DNA of 64,000 bases from the human T2T-CHM13v2.0 reference genome, Homo sapiens: NCBI RefSeq assembly GCF_009914755.1, contig NC_060929.1; one strand, given 5' to 3'. The stretch's first letter is position 1. Each line of letters starts with the position of its first letter. Position numbers and translations under genes: made by a program. Below, in pieces: positions 1 through 14,755 of this stretch. The notes under the pieces were generated by a model. The model did no database searches. It saw only the letters and a list, made by a program, of their open reading frames with translations, and had not been told where the DNA came from.

Positions 1-489
1 TGGTAACATAACGCATGACATATTTGTAATTTATGGAAATCAATCCATAGAGAATTTTTAGTTTCATGTAATTATAGATCACTGCAAGATCTAAATAAAG
101 GTGAAGAAAAGGTCTTTGGGAAAGTAATGGTACGCTATTGATAAAAAACAAAAAGCAGAGTTCAAAGCACTGATCCATGCAATGCATCTTTAAATACTGG
201 TAAGAGGCCAATAATTATAGTTAAAGTCAGTCACCAGCTGTGTTTCACTGCACACATTTAAGGCACCATTGAAACTGCAACCCTATACTCAAGAATATAG
301 GGGAAAAAATCACAAGACCAAATCTATCACCTAGTTAGAAATTGTAATAGTGCTTGTCAATTTCCATCTTCTTTTCTTAAGTGTTATTTATATCAGGTAG
401 TTACCAACCCAATCAGATTATCTCTTTTTAGCAGTCAGTTCAGCCTCTACCTGACTGAACAGTGTGAGCCAGCTCTGCTTTTAGCAGAT

Positions 490-690
490 CTCAGTTCAAA
501 GCCTTACTGTGTCACATAATAAAAGTGTCACACTGGGAAAGCTACTCAAAACTTCTGTGCACACATTAGGATTTTGAGGTGCTTTGAGGATTAAATGTGG
601 TAATAAGTTTCAAGTGCTTTAAATGGTGCCCAATACATACTAAGCTCTCCATAAATGTTAGCATGTTTGTTAAATCATTATTATTATTTT
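490..690 (+). mobile_element. MIR SINE fragment
   Basis: Degenerate MIR core and 3' end: 'tgaggattaaatgtggtaat...aagtgcttt...gtgcccaatacatactaagctctccataaatgttagc'. Boundaries approximate. Confidence 0.6.
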
Positions 691-879
691 AGAGGGAGGA
701 TTAAAGAGGAAATTTATCTGTCACGTCTCTCTCTCTCCTCTTTCCTGTCTCCCATTTGATAAAGATTACCCCAATAGGAGTTAATTCCCCTGCACTTTTG
801 TGTTTGTTACCTAATTCCTTGGGTAGCATATGGAAAAGTCAGCTTTTTTGACCTGTTTTTGCTAAAATAGCCATGTTAC

Positions 880-1255
880 ACTTTCTTCTAGTTCCTAAGA
901 AATGCCAGGCTCCAATACATGGATTGCTCCTTATGTGTAGAAAACGCCATCTCTTTGCTTGCTTACTCTTATTCATACTCCGTGTCCCAGCCTAGACATT
1001 CCCTCTCCCAGGAAACTTTCTCTGATGCATTTATCAGATAATCAAACACTCTTCTACCTGCTCCCAGAGCATGGGCTCTTTCCTCTTAGCACCCTCCATT
1101 CCTCAGTGTAAATTGCCTGTTGCCTGTCCTGTAGGCTCCCAGTTGATTCCTGTAAGAGCAGGGACTGTGCTTATTTTGCTTATTGCTATATCCCTAACAT
1201 CTACTACAATGCATCACACACAAATATCAATAGATATTTGCAGAATGACTGTATG
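880..1255 (+). mobile_element. L2 LINE 3' end fragment
   Basis: 'gagcagggactgtgcttatttt...caatagatatttgcagaatgactg' resembles the L2 3' terminus. Confidence 0.6.
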
Positions 1256-3169
1256 CAGGACTGTTGTGGTTATTAAATACTATTAAAATGCCTGCCATAA
1301 CTTAACATAAATTAGGTACTCAACTCTCCACTCTCAATACCAGCACTTAGTACATGCTTAAGTATGTAGTATCCTTATTTTCTAATACTCATTCTCAATC
1401 ACTTTTTTTTCCTGACACCAATTTGGCATCTATTTGTGCAACGTATTTCCACATGTAATTATTTTACCTACTAATCTTAACTTAGCCCTTTTTCCCTCCT
1501 ACTCAATAAAGAATATAAAAATACAAACAAGAGAGGAGGGAGGGAAGGAAGGAGAGAGATAGAGAAGGAAGGAAAGAAAGAAAAAGTAATCCAAGAAAGT
1601 ATTACCCAATAAATAACCAACATTCTAACCTAGAGTTTAAGATGAACAATTCCCAAGAAAACTATCATGGACATTTAAGTTTAAAGATACCATGGCAATT
1701 AGAATTTCTTCCAAGGAAATCAGAACTCCACATTTCTTCCAAGGTTATCTCTTAGACACAGCACACTCAAGGTGGATAGTTGCAGACTGTTTAACAAAGG
1801 AACTATTAACAAAGATGTAGGCAAGTTTGGGAGAAACCGAAGAACTGTGCAGATTCCTGAGGCCAGCAAGAGTGGTGAGTCATTTAGCTCTCTTCAGCAT
1901 GAATGGGGAAGAAGAGGGAATAGTTAAACAAGCCAGCAATAAAGAGCTATACAGAGAGACCTACATGATGAAAAGCATGACCTTTGGTAAAGGAATGCTG
2001 ACAACTTCCAGTGACCCCACAAGGAGGAATCTGGAAGAATAAATACCCCAGCTATATTCTCATCCTTCGGCCAATTCAACCAATAGTCCCACTGGCCAAC
2101 TTGTAGCCAGAGTGTAAGGCAGCCTATGGATGCAATCTTTCTAGTTCAGCCTTCTAAAGCAAAAAAAATGAGGAGGAAAAATGGTGGTGAGTAAATCAGG
2201 GTTGCAACCAGAAGATATGCACAGCTTATACATTTTAGCTTATACATTTTAGCTATTCTTTAATTTGCCAAAATGTAGAGTATTCCCTTCCCCCGCTGCT
2301 GTCCAAACTCAGTGTAGATCATGGGCATGAGAATTTAATATCACATAATGCCCAAAGTATTTCTCTTAAGAATAGACTTTCCCTCATGAAACATCTACCT
2401 TGATTTCACAGCATTGTCTCTTAAGAACTGATCTCAGTTTTCTAGGAACATTTGACACTTGATGATGTTGCCATTTTCAGTGATAGGAAAATGATGTTTG
2501 CCAATAAATATAATTGCAGAAGAAAGGTATATGTGCCATTTGTTCCTCATGTTGCCAATAACAGAAAGAGAAGTTTCTCAACACCTGGCAGAGAAACTGA
2601 ATCCATACTAATGGCTAGATGAATTGGGGCAGTGGTTTAAAGACATAAGCCAGGCTGGGGAGTGAGTTAGACAAAACCTAACTCAATAGCAAATAATAGT
2701 GACTGGAAGGGATTCCACACCAGCATGTTGCCCCAGAAATGGATAAACATAGAATTAAAAGTCCTTGAACAGGTTTTTGCACTTTTCCTCACAGCTCTAA
2801 TAAAAAGTGGTTACAGGTGCCTGGGCAGGTAGATGGCACTTTTAAACAAGACAAATATTTTAAATTACTGGCAAAAAAAAAAAAAAAGACAAAAAGTTTT
2901 AAGACCAAGTGATATCAGCCTTATTCTCTTCTATCCCCAGTTGCCTACCATGTTGCTTTCTAAGTCACAGTTCTTAGCATGGTAAATAGATGTGGATTCC
3001 AACACGTCCTCCAATTAGGAAGAATAGTGTGCTGATAAGCCCATGTGAAAAATACATAAAAATACCACTGGTTGCTTTCCAAAAAAAGACATAACATTTT
3101 TATAATTTTTATTATAGCTGAGGAGGACGTGTGGAGAACTAGAATTTATGCATTTTATGACAATATATA

Positions 3170-3345
3170 GGCCGGGTTTTGAGCCCTGGCTGCATATTAG
3201 AATCACCAACAGACCCTTTAAAAATATCCATGTCCTGGCTCAACCTCCAGCTATTCTGATGTGAATGGTCTGATACAGGATAAGCCACTAGTATTTTTTA
3301 AAAGCTTTGTAGATGATTTTAATGACATTCAGGGTTGCAAACCAC
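3170..3345. mobile_element. MER5-family (hAT-Charlie) non-autonomous DNA transposon
   Basis: 'ggctgcatattagaatcacc...tttaaaaatatccatgtcctggctcaacctccag...gatgattttaatg...cagggttgcaaaccact'. Confidence 0.65.
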
Positions 3346-3534
3346 TATATATAGAAATGGGATTTTATCAAGTTTATTAGACTGTTCTTTAGGTATGTAT
3401 TTAAAAGGCAAAGAAGAAGACAGAGCTATTCAGTAATCAAGAGTCATGTCAAGATTTGAAAAGATTTTTTTGAAGACAGGAAGAAAGTTTCACAATTATT
3501 TGATGAAGGCAATAGACGATGTTTAAAAGCACAA

Positions 3535-3715
3535 ACTTTTATGACAATTTTGAGTTTCAACTCTGCCATTTCCTGGTTTTACAGTTTGAGAAATCATTCT
3601 CTCTATAAAAATAAATATAATATCTACCTTGTGGAATATCTGCGAGGTTGTGTGTGTGTTAAATGGAGTGATATATGTAAATCACTCACCATATAGCCAT
3701 TGTTCACTAACTGAC
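3535..3715 (+). mobile_element. MIR SINE fragment
   Basis: 'ctctgccatttcctgg...ctataaaaataaatataatatctaccttgtgga...gtgatatatgtaaatcactc'. Confidence 0.5.
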
Positions 3716-6700
3716 TGATTTCTTTTTCAGGTGCAACCATCCTCCAAGCCCAGTTCCTTTCCAGGTATGCCTGCGTAATCCTGATAACTACCTACAAACA
3801 AACAAACAAATCCTAATAATAATAATAATAAAAGCAAAGGAGCTTATCAAAATTTGTGATCAGAACAGAAAACTAAGGCAGAAATCCAGCTATCATCATC
3901 ATGATGTACTCAATTATTCAGAAGCAAGTTTAGCTGTTAGCTTCCATATTTCTAAAATATACCACTTTGGTCTAGACTGGACTGTATGTAGAGAAAAATA
4001 TAGAAATTTTATTTCAAAAGACATTAAGACATTTTATTCCAACCGTGAAATTCTAAAATGAGGCCACCCTGAAAAAAAATCCAAAAGAAACATAAACCTT
4101 ATAACATATTGAAAGATTATCTCTGACCTAATTTTCACAATTTGAGAAGTGGTTTAAAAAACCCCAAAGAGCAGCTTTTTCCAAAGAAAAACACTTGTGT
4201 TATAACCTTCCTTCCACAAACTAAATCCAGAAAGGCCGTGTCAAACTATTAAAACTCTCAGCCACATGGAGATGGTTGACTAGACCTTGAGCCCTGCACA
4301 TTGTACAAATAGTTTTAGTTAAGTCAATAAAAGATCTCCTAGGCCAAGGTCTTTTAAAAGTTATAACCGGAGTGGGAGGTACACTACCCATTTCTCCAGC
4401 CTCTAAAAATATTTCCTTGTAGAACAGTCTCTCTGTAAGACAGATCTGTTTGCTCCAGTTTCTCCCTGCTCTATGCCTCACGTGGGAGTACTTGCAAATA
4501 GAGCGCCTGGAGGGATCAACACAGTTTTTTAAAGCAAACATAACACAAGTGCTATTCATGGGTTACACACTCCATAGCTGTAATACGAAACGTGTAGAAG
4601 CAGCCCCTAATGGCATTCAAATCATGTACTAACAGTTCTCAAGTGTCAGGTGTTTTTCATTTTCTAGCTAGGGGTAGAGATATTCACGTGCTGATTTCCT
4701 ACACTGAACAGCTTTGTAACCCCCGCAGAGTGAAGGCGCACTGTGTTTCTGAGTCTCTATTATGTCAGATGAATGCCACAGTTAGAGGCCAGAAAGGACA
4801 TGTGATCCTAGTTTAGATTCTTTTTTTTTTTTTCAGCCATCTCTCAGCATTTCAGTGGTATGGATTTTATGTGTACACATGAAACTGAAAACGCATAGAG
4901 CATGTATCAATGTTAAATTTCACATGAAAGACTGAGGACACATACTTTCCTATCTGGGCATAATTTAATACGTCTGTAGACACTTTGATCTTATTGAAGG
5001 TTTGTATTTTCAAAATGGCCTCTTGCAGTGCCCCAGATGGCTGCCTGTCAAACCCAAGCATCAAGCTAACTATAAATACTGTGGGTTCTCACTGGAACAA
5101 TGAGGTTTGCATTATACATGCTAAGGGAATTAAGATACATTTTATTTATTTAAATCTTTTTTTACTTTAAATATGACTTGGTCATAGAATAATATAATAT
5201 TAAAACCTATTTTAGAAACACCAAAAGGTACATTTATTACATATGGTGTATCAATAATTTCAGATTAGCATTAAAGAGTGTATTTGAAACTATGTTTTGG
5301 ACTGGACATTCACCATTATAATACTACCTAAATATTTGGGATTCAGTAAAATCTAAAACATTTGTACCAAACCCTTTTTTCATTACATTCTCAGTTTTGT
5401 ATCCCAAGGCTATTCAGTCCATTTGTTCCAAATTCATTTCTATTAACCTCATTAAGATAGTGCTTTGGAAACAAAACTCTTGATACGCAAGATGGTCTCT
5501 TTAAAGCCATTTATCTTAATTTCTGAGGTGACTGGAACTTTAGGTTAAAAAAAGAGTTTCCTTCAGTGTTGAATTTTAAACATCTCCTTTAAGGGGAAAT
5601 GAACAAAATTATTTGTTGTCTGAATACAACATATGGGCATATATTTACTACCTCATATTCAGTTAAACACATACGAAAGAAGGCATTTCATAGCGTTTGA
5701 AAAATTGCTGAGTCAATTATGTGAAAAGTAGCTATGTAAAGATACTGTGCCCATCCCTAATTTTGGTTAAAAATTATGTACTCAAATGATCGTGAGAACA
5801 CACTTTCCAGGATAAATGAAAAGCTTTCCTGGTGTTTTGTTTTGTTTTTTATAACCAATGTCTATTTTGCAATCCTTGTCTTCTAGTCCTAAGCAAGCTG
5901 GGTCCCTAAGAAGGCTGGAGATACATGTACTAAATAATCAACCACTCTGTTGGCAAATGATAGCTACATCATACCTGCATCTTGTAAATAGCTTTAATCA
6001 CAAGGTAGTAAAAACGTGAACCAGAGGAAAAAGTAATAAGTAATCTTGTACACCTGTCTGCATGTAACTAAAATCTACATTCTGTGAAAGTAGGAATAGT
6101 GATTTGGTAAGGACTGGGATAGAATTCACCTGACATTTTAATAATGACATGGATGCCAGCACAAGGAGTCGTGGTGAGTCCTCTTCACTGCCCCATCCCC
6201 ATCCCAGAATCACCCACTCGCGGGCCTCAGGAATGGAGAATATCCACAGTGTGGTAGAATCTCCCAGCACTGCTCCTTTCTGGCTTTGAAATCTTGAGTA
6301 AGTTAATTAACCTCCCAAAACTGTCTCTTCACATCTAAGGATAACTAAGGTATATACCTAAATTTGCCTACTGGTTATAAGGAATTGACACAGTGTATGC
6401 AATGTGTCTATCACCAAAGAATTGAAAAAATAAATAAATTATTATTTTGATTTAAATAAGTTTGCCTTCTGACAGTTATGCTATGAACTATCCCAGAATA
6501 GATGACACAAGAGATAGACTCACCCTAAAGATATATTTGAGTGTATCTTTATTAAAAGCAGTGATGTCTTAACCACAAGAGAGATTGATCCAAGTGAACT
6601 GTTCAAAGGGGATGAATTTTATTCAGCAGAAATCCTTCATGAGAAGACTGGGCTAGAAAAGTAGTAACAGAGCCACACAATTTGTTCTCTTGAAGGAGAG

Positions 6701-6808
6701 GGAAGGGAGATTTGGTGGAGCTATTGAGTCTTCAGATCATTACAGAGTTCTAGTCAAGATTTGCTTGTGCGATGAGTACTAATATGTACATTACCGTTTA
6801 TCCATGTA

Positions 6809-7651
6809 CAGTCATGCACCACAAACAACATTTTGGTCAACGACAGGCCACATATCCCATCGTGCTCCCGTAAGATCCTAATGGAGCTGAAAAATGGCTA
6901 TCACCTAGTGACATCTTGATGATCCTGACCCTGTATAGGCCCAGGCTAATGTGTATGTGTGTGTCTTCATTTTTAGCAAAAAAGTTTAAAAAGTAAAAAA
7001 TAAAACATTCTAAAAATAGAAAAAGCCTATAGAATAAAAATATTAAAAATATTTTTGTGCAGCTGTATAATGTGCTTGTGTTTTAAGCTAAGTACTATTA
7101 CAAAAGAGTCAAAATTTTTTTTTAAAATTCAAAATTATAAAGTAAAAAAGTAGAGTAAGCTAAGGTTAATTTATTATTGAATAAAGAAAAATATTTTAAT
7201 AAACTTAGTGCAGACTGGCTGTTCTGTACAGTGTTTATAAAGTCTATAGCAGTGCACAGGAAAGTCCTAGGCCTTCACATTCACTCACCACTCACTGACT
7301 CACCCAGAGCAACTCCCAGTCTGGCAAGCTTCATTCATACTAAATGCCTATACAGGGGTATCATTTTTTATTTTTTATATCATATTTTTTTCTGTAAGTT
7401 TTTTATGTTTAGATTTGTTTAGATAACGCAAATACCATTGTGTTACAACTACCTACAGTATTCAGTACAGTAACATACTGTATAGGTTTGTAGCCTAGGA
7501 GCAATAGGCTATATACCATATAGCCAATGTGTGTCATAGGCTGTACCATCTAGGTTTATGTAAGTGTGCCCTATGATGTTCACACAATAACAAAATTGCC
7601 TAATGATGCATTTCTCAGAAAATATCCCCATCAATAAGTGACCCACGACTG
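6809..7651 (+). mobile_element. Tigger3/MER7 (TcMar-Tigger) internally deleted DNA transposon
   Basis: Starts TA|CAGTCATGCACCAC...GGTCAACGAC and ends ...GCATTTCTCAGAAAATATCCCCATCAATAAGTGACCCACGACTG. Terminal inverted repeats present, with TA on the left side. Confidence 0.85.
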
Positions 7652-8899
7652 AACTTAGAACATAGGAGAGGAGTAACATGACTCCTGTCAAAAAGTTAAC
7701 AGAATGTGTGGAAAATTAATACCATGGTGATAGTTTCAAGCAGCATAGTGAATATTTATCATTATTTTAGGTAATCTGGATTATGAACTCATCTGCTCAG
7801 TTCAAAGCTTGAGTAGTTTCACTTTTTATGAAACTCAGCAGTGGCTGCTCCTCATTATAGAACCTGAAAAGATTAGACATTCAATTTCCCAGCATCCTTT
7901 GCAGTACTGGCAGGTGACTTATCATCTACAAATCAGAGACATACACTTGGACTTGGATTTGGAAGCTTGTACAGGGGCACCTTCTCTTTGGCAGTGGTGG
8001 CTGCAGCAGTGTCAGGATGATGGGGTCCTTGGAGGGTGAGAAGTACTATGAGGTGATAAGTGAAGCATCTAGCTCTGTCCCAGGGCAATGGCTAACTCTC
8101 CAAACCACTTCTGTGGTGTTCAGGTAATTATTTCCATATATTCATCCTCCATGCTGGCTCTTCAGTCTCACCAAGGTTTCAATGAGCTTCATAATAGCCT
8201 TTAGGGAAATATGTTTTATATGTAAAAGTTGGATCCTCTTGCTTGTCATAAGGAACCTGATTGATACATAGGTCTTATGTCCCATAACTTAGAATGCCCA
8301 TGTCAAATTCCTGAAGGCACTGTTTAAATTGTCTTTATTTTTTTTTATTTTCCAAGTAGTCATACTATCTGGCATACTCTAGTTGTTCAATGCATATTGA
8401 AGAAATGATTTATTTTGATTTATTTCCGTTTCCCTTTTCACAAGAGGGAGAAGATATAGAGTGCAAACTTCATACTTTCTATTTATCCTCTAAATGGGTC
8501 TGTAATTGTTTCAGGTGTATATCATAGAACTAAATATAATTACCTTAAAATAGGCCTTTTTGTTCCCTGAAATTATATTTTGCAACATATGTTGGTTCCT
8601 TTGGAGAAAACTACTGATATGACTATGTCTGAAAAAGAAATCTCTCTCATGTTCTCTAATTCCCAGGGTGGAAAAATTTGAGCCACTATTGCATATTATC
8701 TAATGACAAATCTGTACCATTTTTTCTTTTTTTAGGTTAGGTAGAAAAGAGCTACAAATGGTGCCAAGGGAAAAGCAACCCATGGTATAAAAAGCCAATA
8801 AAATGGCATTTTTGGCTTAAGAGTTCAGATGCTAACTTTCAATTTAAAATCATTAATGATTTAAAATATGTCACACTAACTTCTGTCCAGAGATAAAAT

Positions 8900-9120
8900 T
8901 CTTAGATAATAACTGCCAATTTGGGAACATACCATGCAAGCACTTGACATATATTATCTCAATTTTGCAGTAGTACTGCAAACGGGAATTATTAACATTT
9001 TACTATTGAAGAAATAGAATTTCAGGGAAGCAGAGGAACTTACTTGAGGTTGTGTTGTTAGAAGGTTACTGAGCCAGGATTTGTAAATCAATCTATCTTA
9101 ATCCATTCTCCTCTACTACC
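8900..9120 (-). mobile_element. MIR SINE fragment
   Basis: Reverse-orientation MIR motifs: 'aaggcacttgacatatattatctca...attttactattgaagaaatag...aacttacttgaggtt...gagccaggatttg'. Confidence 0.55.
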
Positions 9121-11504
9121 CTGCCTCTCTAGATTAGTAGAGGTAAACCTGGCTTTTCAATAAAGCCTTTCATTTTATAGATGGGGAAATAAACCTGAGA
9201 GGGTGAGGACCACATTCCTCTCCTAGAACAGCCCCATATGCATGGAAGAGAAAATAATGAATGGTTTGCTAGAAGATGAATTTTTTTTTTTATTTTAGTG
9301 TTCAAATTAATTATATATATTTACAGCTGCTATTCCTATTTAGTTGTTTCTCAAGCACTTAGCACAATCTTCATAGTTCCTGATAAGAAAATGATTGAGT
9401 ACTATAATATACTATAGCACAAATATCTAGGACTTTATAGTTATTAGACTAAACAAATTGTAAAGTAGTAAATATTAGAATTATAAACAAAGTAAAATGA
9501 ACTATTGGGCAAACGTGGCAGAAGAGGCCTTGGTATTTTGAATCAACTAAAGAGAAAAAGTAAACAAAAGGAAGTTCTGTATTTTATTTAATGATTTTGG
9601 GTGATGTTAACAAAAATGAAGTTAAGGACTGGGAAGTAACAACTTGCCCTAATTTATAGATCAAGGTAATTTGCTCTATATCAGGACTTAATTTAATTAT
9701 ATCAAAAAAGACTTATTTATATCTAAAAGGTTATTTATATCTACCATATAACCTCACTAGCGAAGATCTGAATTAATCAGGAATCTTCTAGTCACTATCC
9801 CCCCAAATATATATATATGAGACAATATGTGGTTCTTTTCTCGATTGGTGACTTCAGAGCTTCCTATGTATGAGTGTGAAGGCTCCAGGACAAGTAAAGT
9901 AACTATTCAGGTTATTCTTCCTGGTACCAGGAAATCCTCCAAAACTGTCTGTAGTTGTCTGTAAGGGTGGAAGTTGACAAGACTGTCAGCTCTTGAAAGA
10001 CAGCTTTTCTGCCTTTTAACTAAAAGAAAAATAAGACGTAATTTCTTCTTTACCAGCCATCCCATTCCACTACAATTATAAGGCTGATTAAACACTGAAG
10101 CTGGCTACAAATTGTGGGGAATCACCATCCCAGCAGACATTTTAAAATGTAACAGAAACCCATTCATTTTCAATGGCTAACTATTAGTATTTCTGGAAGT
10201 GGCAGATTGGACCAGGTGACCTCTCGGACAGACTTTGTTGTCCCATAATGTCATGGAATTAAATGGCCAGAAGCTTGGAGGAATATAAAATAAGTCCAAC
10301 TCCAATCTTTTGGAAGACATTAGTGAGAGCAGGTGTGTCTGTATTAATCGGCATGTGGCAAAAATGCTCATGCCTTCTAATGAGATGACAGTGGCTGTGT
10401 TGTGCAAACTGTCATGACTGAAGCATTCCTGCGTGGCACTGAAGCCCTTGGGCACTTGTCCAATCTCCATGTGTCCATCTCCAGCAGTGGCTGAGAAGGA
10501 GGACGGTAACTTTGGAGATGAAATTCATGTGCATAAAATAGCTCTAAGACTATTACTTCCAATCACTGAAACATTAGTTCTGTGAAACATACTTCAGAAC
10601 AAAATTCCAGTCCACAATGGAATAAGATTAAAACATAAGGAGTAGTTTCTGTAGTCACATAAGGGCTCCACTGTAATAGCCAAGAGAGAAAGAAATTAAT
10701 GTTCTTGCCGTCATGTCCCTGTGGTGTTCTGTGACTTGCAAAGCTTGAGCTGAGGGTTTTAAAATATTGCATATTAAATCTTGCTGAACATTAAAAATAA
10801 AGTAATGAAAACAGAATGTTGTATTTTGTATCTTCAATTTCCTTTCACAGAATACTGTCTTATTTTAGAGAGAAAGGGCAGAATAATCCCATAATGAAGC
10901 TATTTATTACATCATTCTATTTTCATAACATCCTTTTTCTCATTGCCTTTTATATAAATGAGAACTAAATAAAATGCTAGTTAAAATGTACATTTTGCTT
11001 TAATATATAAAGAGACAAAACTATTCAATTCAATGAAGCAGGATGAAGCATTAACCTTTGAAGAGCAAGGGTTCATTGACTGAGGATTGATGGAGTGATT
11101 CTGTGTTTTATCAGATCACTTAAGCCAAAATGGAGTGTAAGTTAATTGGCTATTTGAAAGCATTGCAAAGACAGTTTCATGGTTTAAAAAGCACACATTT
11201 CCATTACCATCAGTTGGATCAAGGTAAAGTTATTTTACATTGTTTTTACATACTTTTATAGCATAGTAAGGGAAATACATTATGTAAAGATAGATGTTTA
11301 CAACATTGCTGCTTTGTGAAAAATTTACAACTCAGGATACACATTAAAATATCTAGTTCTAATGAATCATGTGGATGAAATAACACTGTTGTAGTTTAAT
11401 TATAGGGAAATACAATTAAAGATGCTAAGATTGCATATGTGTATACAAAAATATTAGAAAAACATAAAGGAATAATCCTTTGACATATGTAAATTAAAGG
11501 CAAA

Positions 11505-12598
<1,094 letters not shown>

Positions 12599-12599
12599 G

Positions 12600-13140
12600 C
12601 ATTTATTCAGGGAATATAGAGTGCTTGCTCTGTGCCAGTTCCTGGTTAGGTGCTGTAGCTATTGAGGGAACAAGAGAGACAATGTTCCTAACAGCATGTG
12701 TGTACATTCTTCCTATTATGTATTAGAAAGGTCAAATAATTAAATGAATAAAATATTTTTAGGTAATTTTAGGTAGTAAAGAGTGTTATCAAAATAAAGC
12801 AGAGCAAAGGGATGGAGAGTGGTGGAGTGAGAGAGGGGTAAACCCAGAGAGGGTGGTCAAGGAAGGCCTTTCTGAGATGGCGACACTCAAGCATAGACTG
12901 AATAAGGAGACATAAAGGTCTGAGAATGGACCATCTTGGTATAGGGAAAATAAGCAGAAGATTCTTGATATTCTTTGGTGGATGTGTCCAAGGAAGAGCA
13001 AGAAGACAAGCCTGTCTAGAGCAGAGAATACAAGGGGTTGGGGGTGGAAAGGGAGGGTTTCCCAGACACAGCGAGAGTCAATCAGATAGATCTTTGTAGG
13101 ACATTGGAGGGTTTAAGTCTTCCTCAAAGTGAGACAAGAC
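12600..13140 (-). mobile_element. L2 LINE fragment
   Basis: 'atttattcag...gagtgcttgctctgtgccag...ggtggtcaaggaaggcctttctgagatggcgac' are antisense L2 motifs. Confidence 0.6.
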
Positions 13141-13150
13141 CCTCATTAAA

Positions 13151-13535
13151 TGCTGTGATTTGAACGTGTTCCCCCAAAAGTTTATGTGCTGGAAACTTAA
13201 TCTCCTGTGCAACAGTGTTGAAAGGTGGGACCTAATAAGAGGTGATTGGGTCATGAGGGCAGACCCCTCATAAATGGATTAATGTCATTATTGAAAAGGT
13301 GGTTTAGTTTTCATGAGGTTGAGTTGTTATAAAGCAAGCCCAGCCCCTGGTGCCTTTCTCTCTGTCTCATGCACTCATTTCTGCCTTCTGCCTCTCCCGG
13401 TGGAATGACCCTCACCAGTTGCCAGAACCATGCTCTTGAACTTCCCAGCCTCCAGCACTGTGAAAAATGTTTTTCATTATAAATGATACCAAGTCTCAGG
13501 TATTCTGTTTCAGCAACAGAAAACAAACTAAGACA
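13151..13535 (+). repeat. MST-type 5' LTR
   Basis: 'tgctgtgatttgaacgtgttcccccaaaag...aacttcccagcctccag...caaactaagaca'. Confidence 0.85.
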
Positions 13536-14755
13536 TAAAGTTGGTACCAAGAAATGGAGTTGATGTTATAACAAATACCTAAAAATGTGGAAGCTTGAGA
13601 CTGGGTAATGGGCAGCGGCTGGAAGAATTAGGAGAATCAGGCAAGAAAAAGCCTATATTGTGAATAGAACATTAAGGGTGATTATGGTGGGGGCTTAGAA
13701 GAAGAGAAGAGCTGTAGGAAAAGTCCAGAACTTCTTAGACTACATAAGCAGTCATGATCAGAACATTGGTAGAAACACAAACAGTAAAGGTACTACTAAT
13801 GAAGACTTAGATGGAACTGAGGATCAGCATATTGGAAATGGGGGTAAAGGCCATCCTTGTTGTACAGTTGCATAGAACTTGGCTGTACTATGTCCATGCC
13901 CTTGGGTTTTACAGAAGGCAGAAATTAAAAGTGATAAACAACCACCATTTGTTGAATAGGGTGTCCTTTCCCCACTTTATGATTTTGTTTGCTTTGTCAA
14001 AGATCAGTTGGCTATAAGTATTTGGCTTAATTTCTGGGTTCTCTGTTCTCTTCCATTGGTCTAGGTGCCTATTTTTATACCAGTACCATGCTGTTTTGGT
14101 GACTATGGCCTTATAGTATAGTTTGAAGTTGGGTAATGTGATGCCTCCAGGTTTGTTATTTTTGCTTAGTCTTGCTTTAGCTTTCCAGGGTGTTTTTTTT
14201 TTTTTTTTTTTTTTGGTTCCATATGAATTTTAGGATTTTTTTTCTAATTTTGTGAAGAACGATGGTGGTATGTGGATGGAAATTGCATTGAATTTGTAGA
14301 TTGTTTTTGGAAGTATGTACAATATTGTGGAAGAATGAAACTGGATCCTTGTCTCTCATACAAAAATCAACTCGCCAGGCAGGGCCAAGATGGCCGACTA
14401 GAAGCAGTGGAGGGTTGGAGGCTTCCACCAAGAACCAAAACAGCAGGCGAATCCTGCACTGGCAACTGAGGTATCCAGGTTCTACCATCAGGACTGACTA
14501 GGTGCTTGGTGTGACCCTCAGAGAGCAAGGAAAAGCAGGGTGGTGTGTTGGCCCACCTGAGAGCCACACTGTGCAAGGAATACCCCACACCCCAGCCAAA
14601 GGAGGCAGTGAGTGAGCATGCTACCAAGCCTGGGGAACCATGCTTTTTACATGGAACTGTGCAACCCACAGATCAGAAGATCCCACTTGTGAGCCCATGC
14701 CACTAGGGCAAACCACAGAGCCAAGCAGATTCTCAACAGCCACACGGTTGGACTC

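Noticed and set aside
1740-2220. LTR-like old repeat sequence (also about 7770-8270, 30900-31870 and 35490-35950)
   Set aside because: Probably ancient MLT1/ERVL LTR fragments, but too diverged to name or bound without a search.
2223-2254. 14-bp tandem duplication agcttatacatttt (similar 10-bp case near 36653 and 6-bp case at 22021)
   Set aside because: Ordinary slippage duplications with no further structure.
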